Positions 40,951 through 51,081 are shown, counted from the stretch's first letter. The stretch: 64,000 bases of DNA from an uncultured delta proteobacterium (GCA_963753975.1 CAVWEH010000005.1:192001-256000), one strand, 5' to 3'. Notes: generated from the sequence alone by a model not told the origin. Numbers and translations: made by a program.

Positions 40951-41604
40951 ATGGAAGAAAAACAATACGTAGTTGATTCACTGTCCTTTGAAGAATCCTG
41001 GCGGGTGTTTCGTATTATGGCGGAATTTGTTGACTCCATCGAAACTCTTTCCGACGTGCATAACGCCGTCACTATTTTTGGTTCAGCCCGAGTGAAGCCC
41101 GACGATCCCTACTATAAAAAAGCGGAACTTCTGGCCCGGCTTTTAGTGCAAAATGGTTTTAGCGTAATTACCGGCGGCGGCCCCGGCATTATGGAAGCGG
41201 CCAATAAAGGCGCCAGTGAAGCCGGCGGAAAATCGGTCGGCATGAATATCCGTTTGCCGTTTGAACAAAAGCCTAATCCCTATGCCAATATTCATCTTGA
41301 TTACAAATACTTCTTTATTCGTAAAGTAATGTTTGTCAAATATGCCGTGGCTTACGTGATTTTACCAGGCGGCTTCGGCACCATGGATGAGCTTTTTGAA
41401 GCGCTGACTTTAATTCAGACAAAGAGAATCAAAGGCTTTCCTTTGTTCTTAATGGGCAGCGAATACTGGCAGGGCCTGTCGGATTGGGTAAAGAAAAGAA
41501 TGCTGACGGAAAACAAAATTCTTCCCGCTGACCTCGACTTGCTTCAGGTAGTAGACGAACCGCAAGAAGTTGTGAAGCTCATTAAAAAATACATTATAGT
41601 CTGA
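40951..41604 (+). CDS. LOG-family (TIGR00730) nucleotide phosphoribohydrolase
   Basis: FGSAR, TGGGPGIMEA, PGGFGTMDE. Confidence 0.92.
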   Translation: MEEKQYVVDSLSFEESWRVFRIMAEFVDSIETLSDVHNAVTIFGSARVKPDDPYYKKAELLARLLVQNGFSVITGGGPGIMEAANKGASEAGGKSVGMNIRLPFEQKPNPYANIHLDYKYFFIRKVMFVKYAVAYVILPGGFGTMDELFEALTLIQTKRIKGFPLFLMGSEYWQGLSDWVKKRMLTENKILPADLDLLQVVDEPQEVVKLIKKYIIV

Positions 41605-41628
41605 TCCCTGATCTAGTCTTTTACGGCC

Positions 41629-42978
41629 ATGGAAGAAATCTTTGCTGATTTAAAAAAAGGTGCTGTTGCACGTTGTTATCTTCTTTATGGAGAAGAGGAA
41701 TATCAAATCAGCGCAGCCCTCGATAAAATTTTGGATATAATCTTACCTGCGGCCGACCGGGATTTCGGTCTTTTTTATCTGTCAGGCGAAAATACCGACA
41801 CGGATAGTCTGGTTAATTACCTTTTAACACCTTCCCTATTGGGCGGCAGGAAAGTAGTTGTAGCAAAAAATACCGCTATCTTTCAATCCCGCGAAAATTT
41901 AGCCGATCTGATTGACAAAATACGCAGCAACATTGATGAAAATCCGGATAAAGCGGCAAAATCTTTCCTGACTTTTTTAAAGCTCGCGGGTTTTTCTTTA
42001 GAAGATTTACAAGACGACGGCTGGAAGAAGATTACCGACGAAGAATGGCAAAAAGTTGTAGAGGACGATGCGGGAGAAGAACGCGCCAAATGGCTGCCTC
42101 GTGTTTTAGCTCTTTTATCCGGCCGGGGATTGAGCCCGGATTCCGACGCCGATGATACGGAGAAATTGGGAGAAATTCTGCAAAAAGGTTGGGCCGCCGG
42201 AAACTGCTTAATTCTTACGGCCTCCGCCGTTGATAAAAGAAAAAAGATTTTCAAAATTATCGACCAAATAGGCGAAGTGCTTTACTTCGGTAAAGCTCGC
42301 GGGGAGGCCGGGCAAAGGGAAAATTTAATAAAAGCAGCGCAGAAATTACTGAATAAGTACGGCAAAAAACTGACAGAGGCGGCATGGATTCTCCTGGGCC
42401 AAAAGACGGGCTGGGAATTAAGGCGCTCCATGACGGAATTGGAAAAGCTTATCTTTTTTGTGGGGGAGCGCCCCGTAATCGAGGAAAATGATGTAGAAGA
42501 AGTTGTGGGCAGGACCAGGGAAGAATCTATATTTGCTTTAACTGCCGCTCTGGCCGAAAAAAATCAACTGGCCGCGCTCAGTGCTCTCCAAGCTCTATTG
42601 GATCAGGGCTTACACCATTTGATGATCCTGACTATGCTCGTCCGAGAAATTAGATTTTTGTTACAGGCCAGAATTTTAGCGGATGCGGGAAAAATACCGG
42701 CCGGGAAAAAAAATGCGGAATACGGCTGGTTCCAAAAGAATGTCATCCCCAAGCTCAATGCCATCGGGGAATCCTTGGCCCAGCTTGACGGCCTCCTTTT
42801 CCGCCAGCATCCGTTTGTTATTTATAATGTCTGGAGAAACTGCGGAAATTTTTCTTCTCCCCTTCTGATCAACTTTCTCGAGGAACTACTGGAGATTGAC
42901 CGCGCCTTTAAATCAACGGCCGCGGAGCCGCGTTTTTTACTGGAAAATTTCTTAATTAAAGCGTGTGCCAAAGATTGA
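41629..42978 (+). CDS. holA: DNA polymerase III delta subunit (long form)
   Basis: YLLYGEE, VDKRK, ELEKL, IF.L..A, D...KS. Confidence 0.8.
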   Translation: MEEIFADLKKGAVARCYLLYGEEEYQISAALDKILDIILPAADRDFGLFYLSGENTDTDSLVNYLLTPSLLGGRKVVVAKNTAIFQSRENLADLIDKIRSNIDENPDKAAKSFLTFLKLAGFSLEDLQDDGWKKITDEEWQKVVEDDAGEERAKWLPRVLALLSGRGLSPDSDADDTEKLGEILQKGWAAGNCLILTASAVDKRKKIFKIIDQIGEVLYFGKARGEAGQRENLIKAAQKLLNKYGKKLTEAAWILLGQKTGWELRRSMTELEKLIFFVGERPVIEENDVEEVVGRTREESIFALTAALAEKNQLAALSALQALLDQGLHHLMILTMLVREIRFLLQARILADAGKIPAGKKNAEYGWFQKNVIPKLNAIGESLAQLDGLLFRQHPFVIYNVWRNCGNFSSPLLINFLEELLEIDRAFKSTAAEPRFLLENFLIKACAKD

Positions 42979-43036
42979 TGGCTTTTAAAATGAAATTTCC
43001 CCTGTCGCAGGAAGCATGAGGTAACTGACCCGATAT

Positions 43037-43130
43037 ATCCCGAATCGCTTCGCTTACGGAATTGATCCCGCCTGCAGCGGGATCAATTCCACTAATCCAA
43101 TAGCCGGAGGCTATGGGAAGTTTCATTGAT
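43037..43130 (+). repeat. Hairpin element copy between convergent holA and the NYN gene
   Basis: Perfect 14-bp stem 43058-43090 overlapping ATCAAT-TC-CACT-AA-TCCAATAGCC-GGA-GGCTATGGGA-AGTT-TC-ATTGAT. Confidence 0.8.
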
Positions 43131-43651
43131 TACAGCTTTTTGATTTTTTTTTGTGCCTGCCTTTTGGTTCGCGGCAGTCTTCTGGCCGGACCCTTCTTTT
43201 TGCGCTGGTGAACTCCTCTTTCTTCTTCGCCTCCCTGTTCAAATACTGCGCTCAATGACGAAGATATAGCTCTATTTATAATTCTTTCAAACGCAGGAGA
43301 TGACAGAGCAGTTTTGCCCTGCCGCGTTACATAGGAAGCTATCTCCCGATCGGAAGAAACGACTACTATTTCTTCGGCGGTTTGATCGGTAATTCTTTTG
43401 ATGACATCGTCCGCTTTTTCTCCGTGCCGCGAATAAATAATTTCGATATTTTCGTGTCTGTCCCTTTCTTCCTGGGCGGAACCGCCTTTCCAGCCGTCGA
43501 AAACTACCGTAATTCTATGTCCCCTTTTTCTTTTATAATCGGCGAGCTTCGACATTAAGGCCAGGCGTCCCGCCTCGAGGCTCAGCCGCTCATAACGCCG
43601 TAAAAGATCGGATTGCCGGATTAAATTATAGCCATCAACTAAAATATACAT
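43130..43651 (-). CDS. NYN-domain ribonuclease (YacP/Rae1-like)
   Basis: LVDGYNLI, VVFDG, ADDVI, VVSSDREI. Confidence 0.9.
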   Translation of the reverse strand: MYILVDGYNLIRQSDLLRRYERLSLEAGRLALMSKLADYKRKRGHRITVVFDGWKGGSAQEERDRHENIEIIYSRHGEKADDVIKRITDQTAEEIVVVSSDREIASYVTRQGKTALSSPAFERIINRAISSSLSAVFEQGGEEERGVHQRKKKGPARRLPRTKRQAQKKIKKL

Positions 43652-43868
43652 AACTCAATATTGGCACAGATAGCAGAGCTCTTCAATGAAATTATATGCG
43701 GGGGTTTTTTTCTTGACTTTGGCGCGTTTTGTCTGCTACGTTTCCATAGGAATAAAAACCCCGATCAATTATTTTATGCAATAAATACAAATATTTATTA
43801 TGGAGAATGCAGTTACTGCTTATAATTCGCGCTGACAAATTAATTCCCATTAAGGAGAATTTTTATTT

Positions 43869-44906
43869 ATGAAAACTCGGATTACAGAACTCTTCGGTAT
43901 CAGGTATCCTATTATTTTATCCGGTATGAGTTGGATCAGCGTGCCGAAAATGGTTGCCGCCGTTTCCAATGCCGGCGGATTAGGTATTTTAGCTACCGGT
44001 CCATTGAATGCCGAACAAACGCGAAAAGCAATAAAAGAAATCCGCAGGCTTACCGACAAGCCTTTTGGGGCCAACGCCACTCTGCTTTTTCCTGGGGCGA
44101 GTGAAAACGCCAAAGTTCTATTAGAAGAAAAAGTACCGGTGATTAATTTTTCGCTGGGCAAAGGCGATTGGCTGGTAGCGGCGGCTCACGCCTATGGCGG
44201 AAAAGTAATTGCTACGGTTGTTAACGCGCGTCACGCCAAACGCGCGCAGGATTACGGCGCTGATGGCGTTGTGGCGACGGGCCATGAAGCGGCAGCGCAC
44301 GGCGAACACATCACATCCCTTGTTCTTATCCCTTCTCTGGTCGATACCATTAATATTCCCGTCATTGCCGCCGGCGGTTTTGCCGATGGGCGGGGATTGG
44401 CCGCTGCGCTTGCTCTGGGTGCCGAAGGAATAGCGATGGGCACTCGCTTTATGACCACCAGGGAAAGTCCTCTGCATGAAATTTATAAAAATTTATCCAT
44501 CGAAAAAGACGTCAACGATACGCTTTTTTCCGATCGTTTTGACGGGATTTTATGCCGCGTCCTGAAAACACCTGCCGCTAAAAAAGCCATTGAGCGCGGC
44601 CTGAATTTACCTGCGGCTTTCTTTAATTCGCAGGAGATTGCTAAGCAATTGGGTTTGCCCTTTAGCAAGCTATTTGCCGGAGTATTGTTATCCGGCTGGA
44701 AAAACGCCCGGCAACTGGCCTTTATGGCCAATGGATTCAAGGCAATAAAACTCGCTACGGAAAAAGGTGATATGAAAAAGGGCGTACTTCCCGTGGGGCA
44801 GGCTACCGGCCTGATTCATGATGAACCGACAGTGCCTGAACTGATGGAAAGAATTGTGGCGCAGGCGAAATTACAGCAGCAAAAACTTAATAATCAATTT
44901 TCTTAA
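43869..44906 (+). CDS. Nitronate monooxygenase/FabK-like flavoprotein
   Basis: YPII..GM, AVSNAGGLG, GHEAAAH, IAAGGFADGRG, MGTRF. Confidence 0.9.
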   Translation: MKTRITELFGIRYPIILSGMSWISVPKMVAAVSNAGGLGILATGPLNAEQTRKAIKEIRRLTDKPFGANATLLFPGASENAKVLLEEKVPVINFSLGKGDWLVAAAHAYGGKVIATVVNARHAKRAQDYGADGVVATGHEAAAHGEHITSLVLIPSLVDTINIPVIAAGGFADGRGLAAALALGAEGIAMGTRFMTTRESPLHEIYKNLSIEKDVNDTLFSDRFDGILCRVLKTPAAKKAIERGLNLPAAFFNSQEIAKQLGLPFSKLFAGVLLSGWKNARQLAFMANGFKAIKLATEKGDMKKGVLPVGQATGLIHDEPTVPELMERIVAQAKLQQQKLNNQFS

Positions 44907-44925
44907 ATAGTGGATTTAGAATAGT

Positions 44926-45678
44926 ATGTTTCAGAATAAAAAAGTAGTTGTAGTCATGCCGGCCTATAACGCCGAGAAGACTCTCCTTAAAACATACGAG
45001 GAGGTTATGGCTCAGCGCATTGTTGATTTAGTTATTTTTGTCGATGATGCCAGTTCCGATAATACCGTAAAAATCGCTTCCGGCCTCCCCCAGACTAGAC
45101 TTTACGCTCACAAAAATAATCGCGGTTACGGCGGCAACCAAAAAACCTGTTATCGTCTCGCGCTGGAAGAAGGCGCGGATATTGTGATTATGGTGCATCC
45201 CGATTATCAGTACACGCCGAAGCTGATTTCGGCCATGGCCTCATTAATCGCGAGCGGTCTTTATCATTGCGTCCTCGGTTCCCGCATCCTGGGCGGCTAT
45301 GCCTTAAAAGGCGGTATGCCGTTTTGGAAATATATTGCTAACCGCTTTTTGACCCTTGTAGAAAATTTTCTGTTTGGAGCGAAACTCTCCGAATATCATA
45401 CCGGATACCGCGCCTTTTCCCGGGAGCTATTATTGAGATTGCCGCTGCAAAATAATTCCGATGATTTCGTTTTTGACAATCAAATGCTTGCTCAGATAAT
45501 CTGGTTTAACTATACTGTGGCCGAAGTGAGCTGTCCGACAAGTTATTTCGCGGAAGCATCCTCCATTAATTTTATCCGCAGCATAAAATACGGGCTGGAC
45601 TGTTTGAAAACGGCTTGCGGATTTCGCCTGGCTAAAATAAACTTCATCCATTCGCCCCTATTCCCCGCTCATGAATAG
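44926..45678 (+). CDS. GT2 glycosyltransferase (polyprenol-phosphate sugar synthase-like)
   Basis: VMPAYN, VDDASSD, NRGYG, HPDYQY, GSR, GYRAF. Confidence 0.9.
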   Translation: MFQNKKVVVVMPAYNAEKTLLKTYEEVMAQRIVDLVIFVDDASSDNTVKIASGLPQTRLYAHKNNRGYGGNQKTCYRLALEEGADIVIMVHPDYQYTPKLISAMASLIASGLYHCVLGSRILGGYALKGGMPFWKYIANRFLTLVENFLFGAKLSEYHTGYRAFSRELLLRLPLQNNSDDFVFDNQMLAQIIWFNYTVAEVSCPTSYFAEASSINFIRSIKYGLDCLKTACGFRLAKINFIHSPLFPAHE

Positions 45679-47788
45679 AAAATACAAATATCTGATCATC
45701 ATTTTTTTGACAGTTGCGTCCTTTGCTGCCTTTGGTCGAATAGTGGCTAATGATTTTGTTAATTTCGATGATAACGTATATATCACCGAAAATAATCATA
45801 TTCAGGCAGGCCTTAATTCCGAAACTATTAAATGGGCATTCAGCACTGTTGTCTCCAGTAACTGGCACCCCCTGACGCTACTCTCTCATGCTCTGGACTG
45901 GAGCTTATTCGGAGCCAACGCCTCCGGCCATCATCTGGTAAATTTATTATTGCACATCGGCGGTGTTCTCTTTTTATTCTTTTTTTTAGAAAAAACGACC
46001 AAGTCCCTCTGGCCTTCCGCCTTTGTAGCGGCTCTTTTCGCCCTGCATCCCCTGCGGGTGGAATCGGTGGCCTGGGCTGCAGAACGCAAAGATGTTTTGA
46101 GCATGTTTTTCGGCATGGCGACCATCTACGTCTATGCCGGCTACGTGAAAGAGCAAAAACTCTCCCGATATTTTCTTTGTATAGTATTATTTGCTCTGGC
46201 GCTAATGGCCAAACCCATGCTGGTTACCCTGCCTTTTGTGCTTATTCTTCTTGATTACTGGCCGCTCGAAAGATGGCCAAAGGCTTTAGCTTACGTAAAC
46301 CTGCCGGCAGCGGCCACTGCCAGATCGGAAAAGAAGAAAACTAAACAGCGCAGGGCCGATTCTTCTAAAGAGAAGAAGATATCCCCGCCGCTGACGAGCA
46401 GTTCTTCCATCGTCCGTTCTCTTTTATGGGAAAAGGCGCCATTCTTTTTATTAGCAATCGTCTCGAGTATTGTTACTCTCTGGGCGCAAAATAAAGGAGG
46501 CGCCGTTGCTTCCTTGCAGAAAATACCGGTTGCTGAACGTTTCTCCAACGCGATTGTCTCTTACGTTTCTTATCTTGGTAAAACTTTCTGGCCGGTTGAT
46601 CTGGCTGTTTTTTATCCCTACCTGCATTCATTCCCCTACTGGCAGATTTTTGCTGCCGCCTTGTTTCTGCTGGGAATCAGCATAGCTGCTGTCCTTTCCA
46701 GGAAAAAGACGCCTTTTCTATTTGTGGGCTGGTTTTGGTATCTGGGAACTCTGATTCCCGTAATCGGTTTGGTGCAGGTCGGCAGTCAGGCTATGGCCGA
46801 CCGCTATACTTATCTGCCTTCCATCGGCATCGGCATTATGCTCGTCTGGGGTATCTTTTATTTATTGCCCCGGGAAAAACTGCGTAAAATAATTTTAATT
46901 CCGGCCGCAGTCATTGTTCTTTCCGTTTTGACATTTTTGACCTGGCAGCAATGCGGCTACTGGAAAAACAGCATTGAACTTTTTAATCATGCTTTGCAGG
47001 TTACTAAAGCTAACTATTTGGCCTATAACAATCTTGGCGTAGCCTTAGCCGAGGAAGGAAAAAATGAAGAAGCAATAGCCCATTATCTTGCGGCAATTAA
47101 GATTAATCCCTATTATGCCGATTCCCATTCTAATCTGGGCGCAGCTTTAGCCGCAGAAGGGAAAAATGAAGAAGCCATAGCCCACTACCTTGCGGCAATT
47201 GATATTGATCCCCATCATGCCGATTTCCATTCTAATCTGGGCGTAGCTTTAGCCGCCGAAGGAAAAAATGAAGAAGCCATCGAACATTATCTTGCAGCAA
47301 TTAAAATTAATCAGGATTATGATGATGCCTATTATAATTTAGCCAATTTACTTATCAAACAGGGAAAGATTGAAGAAGCTATAGGCCGTTATCGCGAAAC
47401 AATTAAAATCAATCCCGATAACGCCCGCGCCCATTATAATTTAGCCGATATCCTTGCCAAACAAGGAAAAATCGAAGAGGCCATCGATCATTTCCGCGAG
47501 GTGCTGCGCATTAATCCTTCTTCTTTTGCCGCCCTTAATAATCTGGGGGTTAATTTAGAAAAACAACTCAAACACGACGAGGCAATTTACTATTACCAAA
47601 GGGCTTTGCAGATAGAGCCCAAAAACCCGGGTGTCCATTTTAATTTAGGCGTAGCTCTGGGCAATAAAGGTGACCTGAAAGAAGCTATTGAACATTTTCG
47701 AGAGGCTATTTATCTGAAGCCTGACTACGAACAGGCCCGCAAGGCATTGAAGATGGCCCTGGATATGGCGCGAGAACAAAAGCGCTGA
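45671..47788 (+). CDS. TMTC-like membrane glycosyltransferase with C-terminal TPR array
   Basis: NFDD..Y, WHPLT, HPLRVESVAW..ERKD, MADRYTYLP, about 8 TPRs. Confidence 0.85.
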   Translation: MNRKYKYLIIIFLTVASFAAFGRIVANDFVNFDDNVYITENNHIQAGLNSETIKWAFSTVVSSNWHPLTLLSHALDWSLFGANASGHHLVNLLLHIGGVLFLFFFLEKTTKSLWPSAFVAALFALHPLRVESVAWAAERKDVLSMFFGMATIYVYAGYVKEQKLSRYFLCIVLFALALMAKPMLVTLPFVLILLDYWPLERWPKALAYVNLPAAATARSEKKKTKQRRADSSKEKKISPPLTSSSSIVRSLLWEKAPFFLLAIVSSIVTLWAQNKGGAVASLQKIPVAERFSNAIVSYVSYLGKTFWPVDLAVFYPYLHSFPYWQIFAAALFLLGISIAAVLSRKKTPFLFVGWFWYLGTLIPVIGLVQVGSQAMADRYTYLPSIGIGIMLVWGIFYLLPREKLRKIILIPAAVIVLSVLTFLTWQQCGYWKNSIELFNHALQVTKANYLAYNNLGVALAEEGKNEEAIAHYLAAIKINPYYADSHSNLGAALAAEGKNEEAIAHYLAAIDIDPHHADFHSNLGVALAAEGKNEEAIEHYLAAIKINQDYDDAYYNLANLLIKQGKIEEAIGRYRETIKINPDNARAHYNLADILAKQGKIEEAIDHFREVLRINPSSFAALNNLGVNLEKQLKHDEAIYYYQRALQIEPKNPGVHFNLGVALGNKGDLKEAIEHFREAIYLKPDYEQARKALKMALDMAREQKR
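47030..47335 (+). repeat. Three 102-bp intragenic TPR repeats
   Basis: Units start at 47030, 47132 and 47234 (NLG.ALA.EGKNEEAI.HYLAAI). Confidence 0.9.
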
Positions 47789-48445
47789 TTAACCGTTGGC
47801 CGCGGCTTTCAGTCCGGCAATCGTTTTTTGATAATCACCGCTGCCGAAGATAGAGGCGCCGGCAACTATTACCTGTGCGCCGGCCGCAATAATACTTTTA
47901 ACGTTTTGTAAATTAACTCCGCCGTCGACTTCCAGCAAAGGTTTGTTCGGCAGGCCTTGCAACATTTGGTCGGCCTTGCTAATTTTAGGCAAAGTGTCTC
48001 CAATAAATTTCTGTCCGCCAAAGCCCGGATTAACGGCCATAACCAGCAAAAGCTCAATGTCCGGAAGAATATTTTCGATCCGTGTGAGCGGCGTATTCGG
48101 ATTCAGCGATACTCCGGATTTTTTGCCGTATTTTTTTATCAGGTCAATTATCCGGCGGAGATTATCGGTTGCTTCCACGTGAACAGTAATAATATCGGCG
48201 CCGGCTTTTGCAAAAGATTCAATATAGTTTTCGGGATTTTCAATCATTAAGTGCACATCGAAAGGCAGTTTTGTTGTTTTTCTCAGTGCTGATATTATCC
48301 CCGGACCCATGGTGATATTGGGAACAAAGTGCCCATCCATCACGTCAACATGAATCCAATCGGCGCCGGCTTTTTCCACGGCGGCAATTTCCTCGTTCAG
48401 CCTTCCGCCGTCAGCGGACAGGATTGAAGGAGCAATGAGTACCAT
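47789..48445 (-). CDS. rpe: Ribulose-phosphate 3-epimerase
   Basis: IAPSILSAD, HVDVMDGHFVPN, VNPGFGGQ, VDGG. Confidence 0.98.
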   Translation of the reverse strand: MVLIAPSILSADGGRLNEEIAAVEKAGADWIHVDVMDGHFVPNITMGPGIISALRKTTKLPFDVHLMIENPENYIESFAKAGADIITVHVEATDNLRRIIDLIKKYGKKSGVSLNPNTPLTRIENILPDIELLLVMAVNPGFGGQKFIGDTLPKISKADQMLQGLPNKPLLEVDGGVNLQNVKSIIAAGAQVIVAGASIFGSGDYQKTIAGLKAAANG

Positions 48446-48511
48446 TGATTACTTTCTCCCGGTTCATTTGTTGAGTTAATTATACTAAAGTTTTCTCTCT
48501 GTCAATCTAAA

Positions 48512-48685
48512 GAAGGCAGAAGGTTAAAGGCTGAAGGAAAAAGCATTGTATCACTCCGGCAATTAAATATCTAAACAGTGCCATGAAGACGAAAAGGCCA
48601 TGTCGAAGAGGAAAAAATAATTTCATCCCCTCCTTTTTCTTATGTCCTGAAGGGGTATTAGCCTGACAGCCTTCAGTCTGCAGCC
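48512..48685. repeat. Inverted heptamer arrays (AAGGCTG)n ... (CAGCCTN)n around a ~120-bp core
   Basis: Left AAGGCAG AAGGTTA AAGGCTG AAGG (48513-48537); right TAGCCTG A CAGCCTT CAGTCTG CAGCC (48659-48685). Confidence 0.6.
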
Positions 48686-48745
48686 CAAAGGACTTATCCT
48701 AAGGAAAAGCTTGACACAAATGCGGAAAAATCTAAAGATACGCGT

Positions 48746-50035
48746 ATGTACATTTTATATAATGTTTTATTGCTGGTTGCCGCGATAATTATCGTACCCT
48801 ATTATTTGCTCAAAATTATTTTCACCGGCAAATATCGTAAAAGTTTAATCCCGAAACTGGGCGGAAGACAGACAAAAATACTGGCCAATTTGAAAAATGG
48901 GCCGCGTGTATGGATACACGCCGTTTCAGTCGGCGAAGTAACCGCCGCCGCACCGATTACCGCTTCTTTAAAAATAAAAAGACCGGATGTAGAAATTATT
49001 TTTTCCACTTCTACCGAAACAGGCCAGGAAATGGCACGCCGTCTTATCCAGGGCGCTGCCGCATTTATTTATTTCCCCCTGGATATCCCCCCTGTTGTGC
49101 ACAAAAGCATAAACCTGGTCAATCCTAATGTTTTTGTTATGGTGGAAACGGAACTCTGGCCTAATTTTCTCAAAGCCTGTAAATCAAAAAAGATAAAAAC
49201 CCTGATGGTTAATGGGCGGTTTTCTTTGCGCTCTTACGGTAAATATCGCCGGACCAGGTTTTTTTGGAAAAAAATTCTTCATGATTTATCTGCCGCCGGT
49301 ATGATTACCAAGATCGATGCGGCGCGTTTTACAAATATCGGCATGCCGGAAGATAAGATTCAAGTTCTCGGAAACGCCAAGTATGACGCGTTGGCAGCCA
49401 TGGCCTCACCCGCCCTGCAGAAAGAAATTGCCGGCCGATTTAATGTACGGGCGGAGGAGAGATTTTTCGTGGCGGGCTCTACCCATCCGGGCGAAGAAGA
49501 AATTATCATCGATGTATATAAGAAGCTTTTAAATCACTATCCCGAATTTAAACTAGTTATTGTTCCGCGGCATATTGAAAGAACCCACGCGATCTTGGAA
49601 CTTCTGCGGGAATCAGGGTTACCGGACGCCGTTACTCTGACCGATATGAATAAAGGCAAAATACGCAAGAACGAACGTATTGTTGTTGTTGATGTTATCG
49701 GTGAGCTTTTCAAGATTTATTCGCTGGCGACTATTGTTTATTGCGGCGGAAGCCTTGTCCCCAAAGGCGGGCAGAATATCTTAGAGGCTGCCGCCTGGGG
49801 AAAAGTAATTTTTTACGGCCCTTCGATGGACGATTTCAGCGAAGAAAAATCCCTGCTGGAAGAAGCTGGTTCAAGCGTGACGATACGAAGTGCGCAAGAT
49901 TTGCTTCAAAATATTCTTCACACACTGAAATATCCCGAAGAACTGGAAAAGAGAGGAGCCAGAGGCAAAGCTGTTGTGGCCGCCAATATGGGCGCCGCCG
50001 CCAGATATGCAAATTTAATCAGCAAACATATCTAA
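48746..50035 (+). CDS. waaA: Kdo transferase
   Basis: WIHAVSVGE, ETELWPN, GSTHPGEE, VPRH.ER, GGQNILE. Confidence 0.95.
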   Translation: MYILYNVLLLVAAIIIVPYYLLKIIFTGKYRKSLIPKLGGRQTKILANLKNGPRVWIHAVSVGEVTAAAPITASLKIKRPDVEIIFSTSTETGQEMARRLIQGAAAFIYFPLDIPPVVHKSINLVNPNVFVMVETELWPNFLKACKSKKIKTLMVNGRFSLRSYGKYRRTRFFWKKILHDLSAAGMITKIDAARFTNIGMPEDKIQVLGNAKYDALAAMASPALQKEIAGRFNVRAEERFFVAGSTHPGEEEIIIDVYKKLLNHYPEFKLVIVPRHIERTHAILELLRESGLPDAVTLTDMNKGKIRKNERIVVVDVIGELFKIYSLATIVYCGGSLVPKGGQNILEAAAWGKVIFYGPSMDDFSEEKSLLEEAGSSVTIRSAQDLLQNILHTLKYPEELEKRGARGKAVVAANMGAAARYANLISKHI

Positions 50036-50097
50036 TAAGGGCTTTATTCGAAACCGGACAGATATAATGCCGGCTGCAATTTATCGAGGAGGATCTT

Positions 50098-51081
50098 ATG
50101 CTGAAAAAATACGAGGCTCTGAGCAAAGGGGTCAACCTGACCGCGGCTTTCACGGCCAGATCGGTTATTTACAGGTACCTGAACAGGACCAACCTGATTC
50201 GCTACTCGGAACTTTCCCGACTTATCGGCGGCGAGGCATTCGTCAAGCATGAAAATCACAATCCGACGGGATCATTCAAGATCAGAGGGGCGCTTAATTT
50301 CTTTCATCACATGTCCAAGGAAGAGCTGGAGGCCGGCATCCTGGTTGCCACCAGAGGCAACCACGGCCTGGCTATGGCCTGGGCGGGACAATGGTTCCAC
50401 GTGCCCTGCACGGTTGTCGTACCGGAGGGCAACAATCCGGAAATCAACAGAACGATTGAAAGTTACGGCGCGGAACTTATTGTCCACGGGGAAGACTTTT
50501 ATGACGCGCAATCATACTGCGAAGAGCTCGTGGACAGCGCCGGCTATTACTATGTCCAGCAGGGTAACGAACCGGAAATCCTAAACGGCCTGGCCACCAT
50601 GGGACTGGAGATCATGGAGGACCTGCCCCAAGTAGATACAATCATTTGTCCTATCGGCGGCGGCGCGGGTTGCGCTTCACTTGTCAAAACCATGCGGGCA
50701 TTAAAACCCGATATCGAGATAATTGGCGTCGAGGCGCAGAATGCCCCCTCCTTCTACAATTCCTGGAAAAAGGGAGAAATTATAATTCTTGATGATGCGC
50801 ATACGGTTGCCGACGGCCTGGCCGCAAGAAGTGTGTTCCATCTTCCTTATGTCATTCTAAAGGACACCATCAGTGATGTCGTTTTGCTTGCCGAAAACGA
50901 GATACTGGAAGGAATCAGGATGGCACTTACCACCACACATAATCTCGCCTGCGCCGCAGGCGCCGCTTCCCTGATGGCCGCATACAAAATAAAAGACCGT
51001 CTTTCCGGCAAGAAAGTGGTTATGATCATGTCCGGCGGGAACCTGAATATGGATACCCTGAAAACTGCACTTGGACGCTGA
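50098..51081 (+). CDS. PLP-dependent threonine/serine dehydratase-family enzyme (no ACT domain)
   Basis: KHENHNPTGSFKIRG, TRGNHG, PIGGG, SGGN. Confidence 0.88.
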   Translation: MLKKYEALSKGVNLTAAFTARSVIYRYLNRTNLIRYSELSRLIGGEAFVKHENHNPTGSFKIRGALNFFHHMSKEELEAGILVATRGNHGLAMAWAGQWFHVPCTVVVPEGNNPEINRTIESYGAELIVHGEDFYDAQSYCEELVDSAGYYYVQQGNEPEILNGLATMGLEIMEDLPQVDTIICPIGGGAGCASLVKTMRALKPDIEIIGVEAQNAPSFYNSWKKGEIIILDDAHTVADGLAARSVFHLPYVILKDTISDVVLLAENEILEGIRMALTTTHNLACAAGAASLMAAYKIKDRLSGKKVVMIMSGGNLNMDTLKTALGR

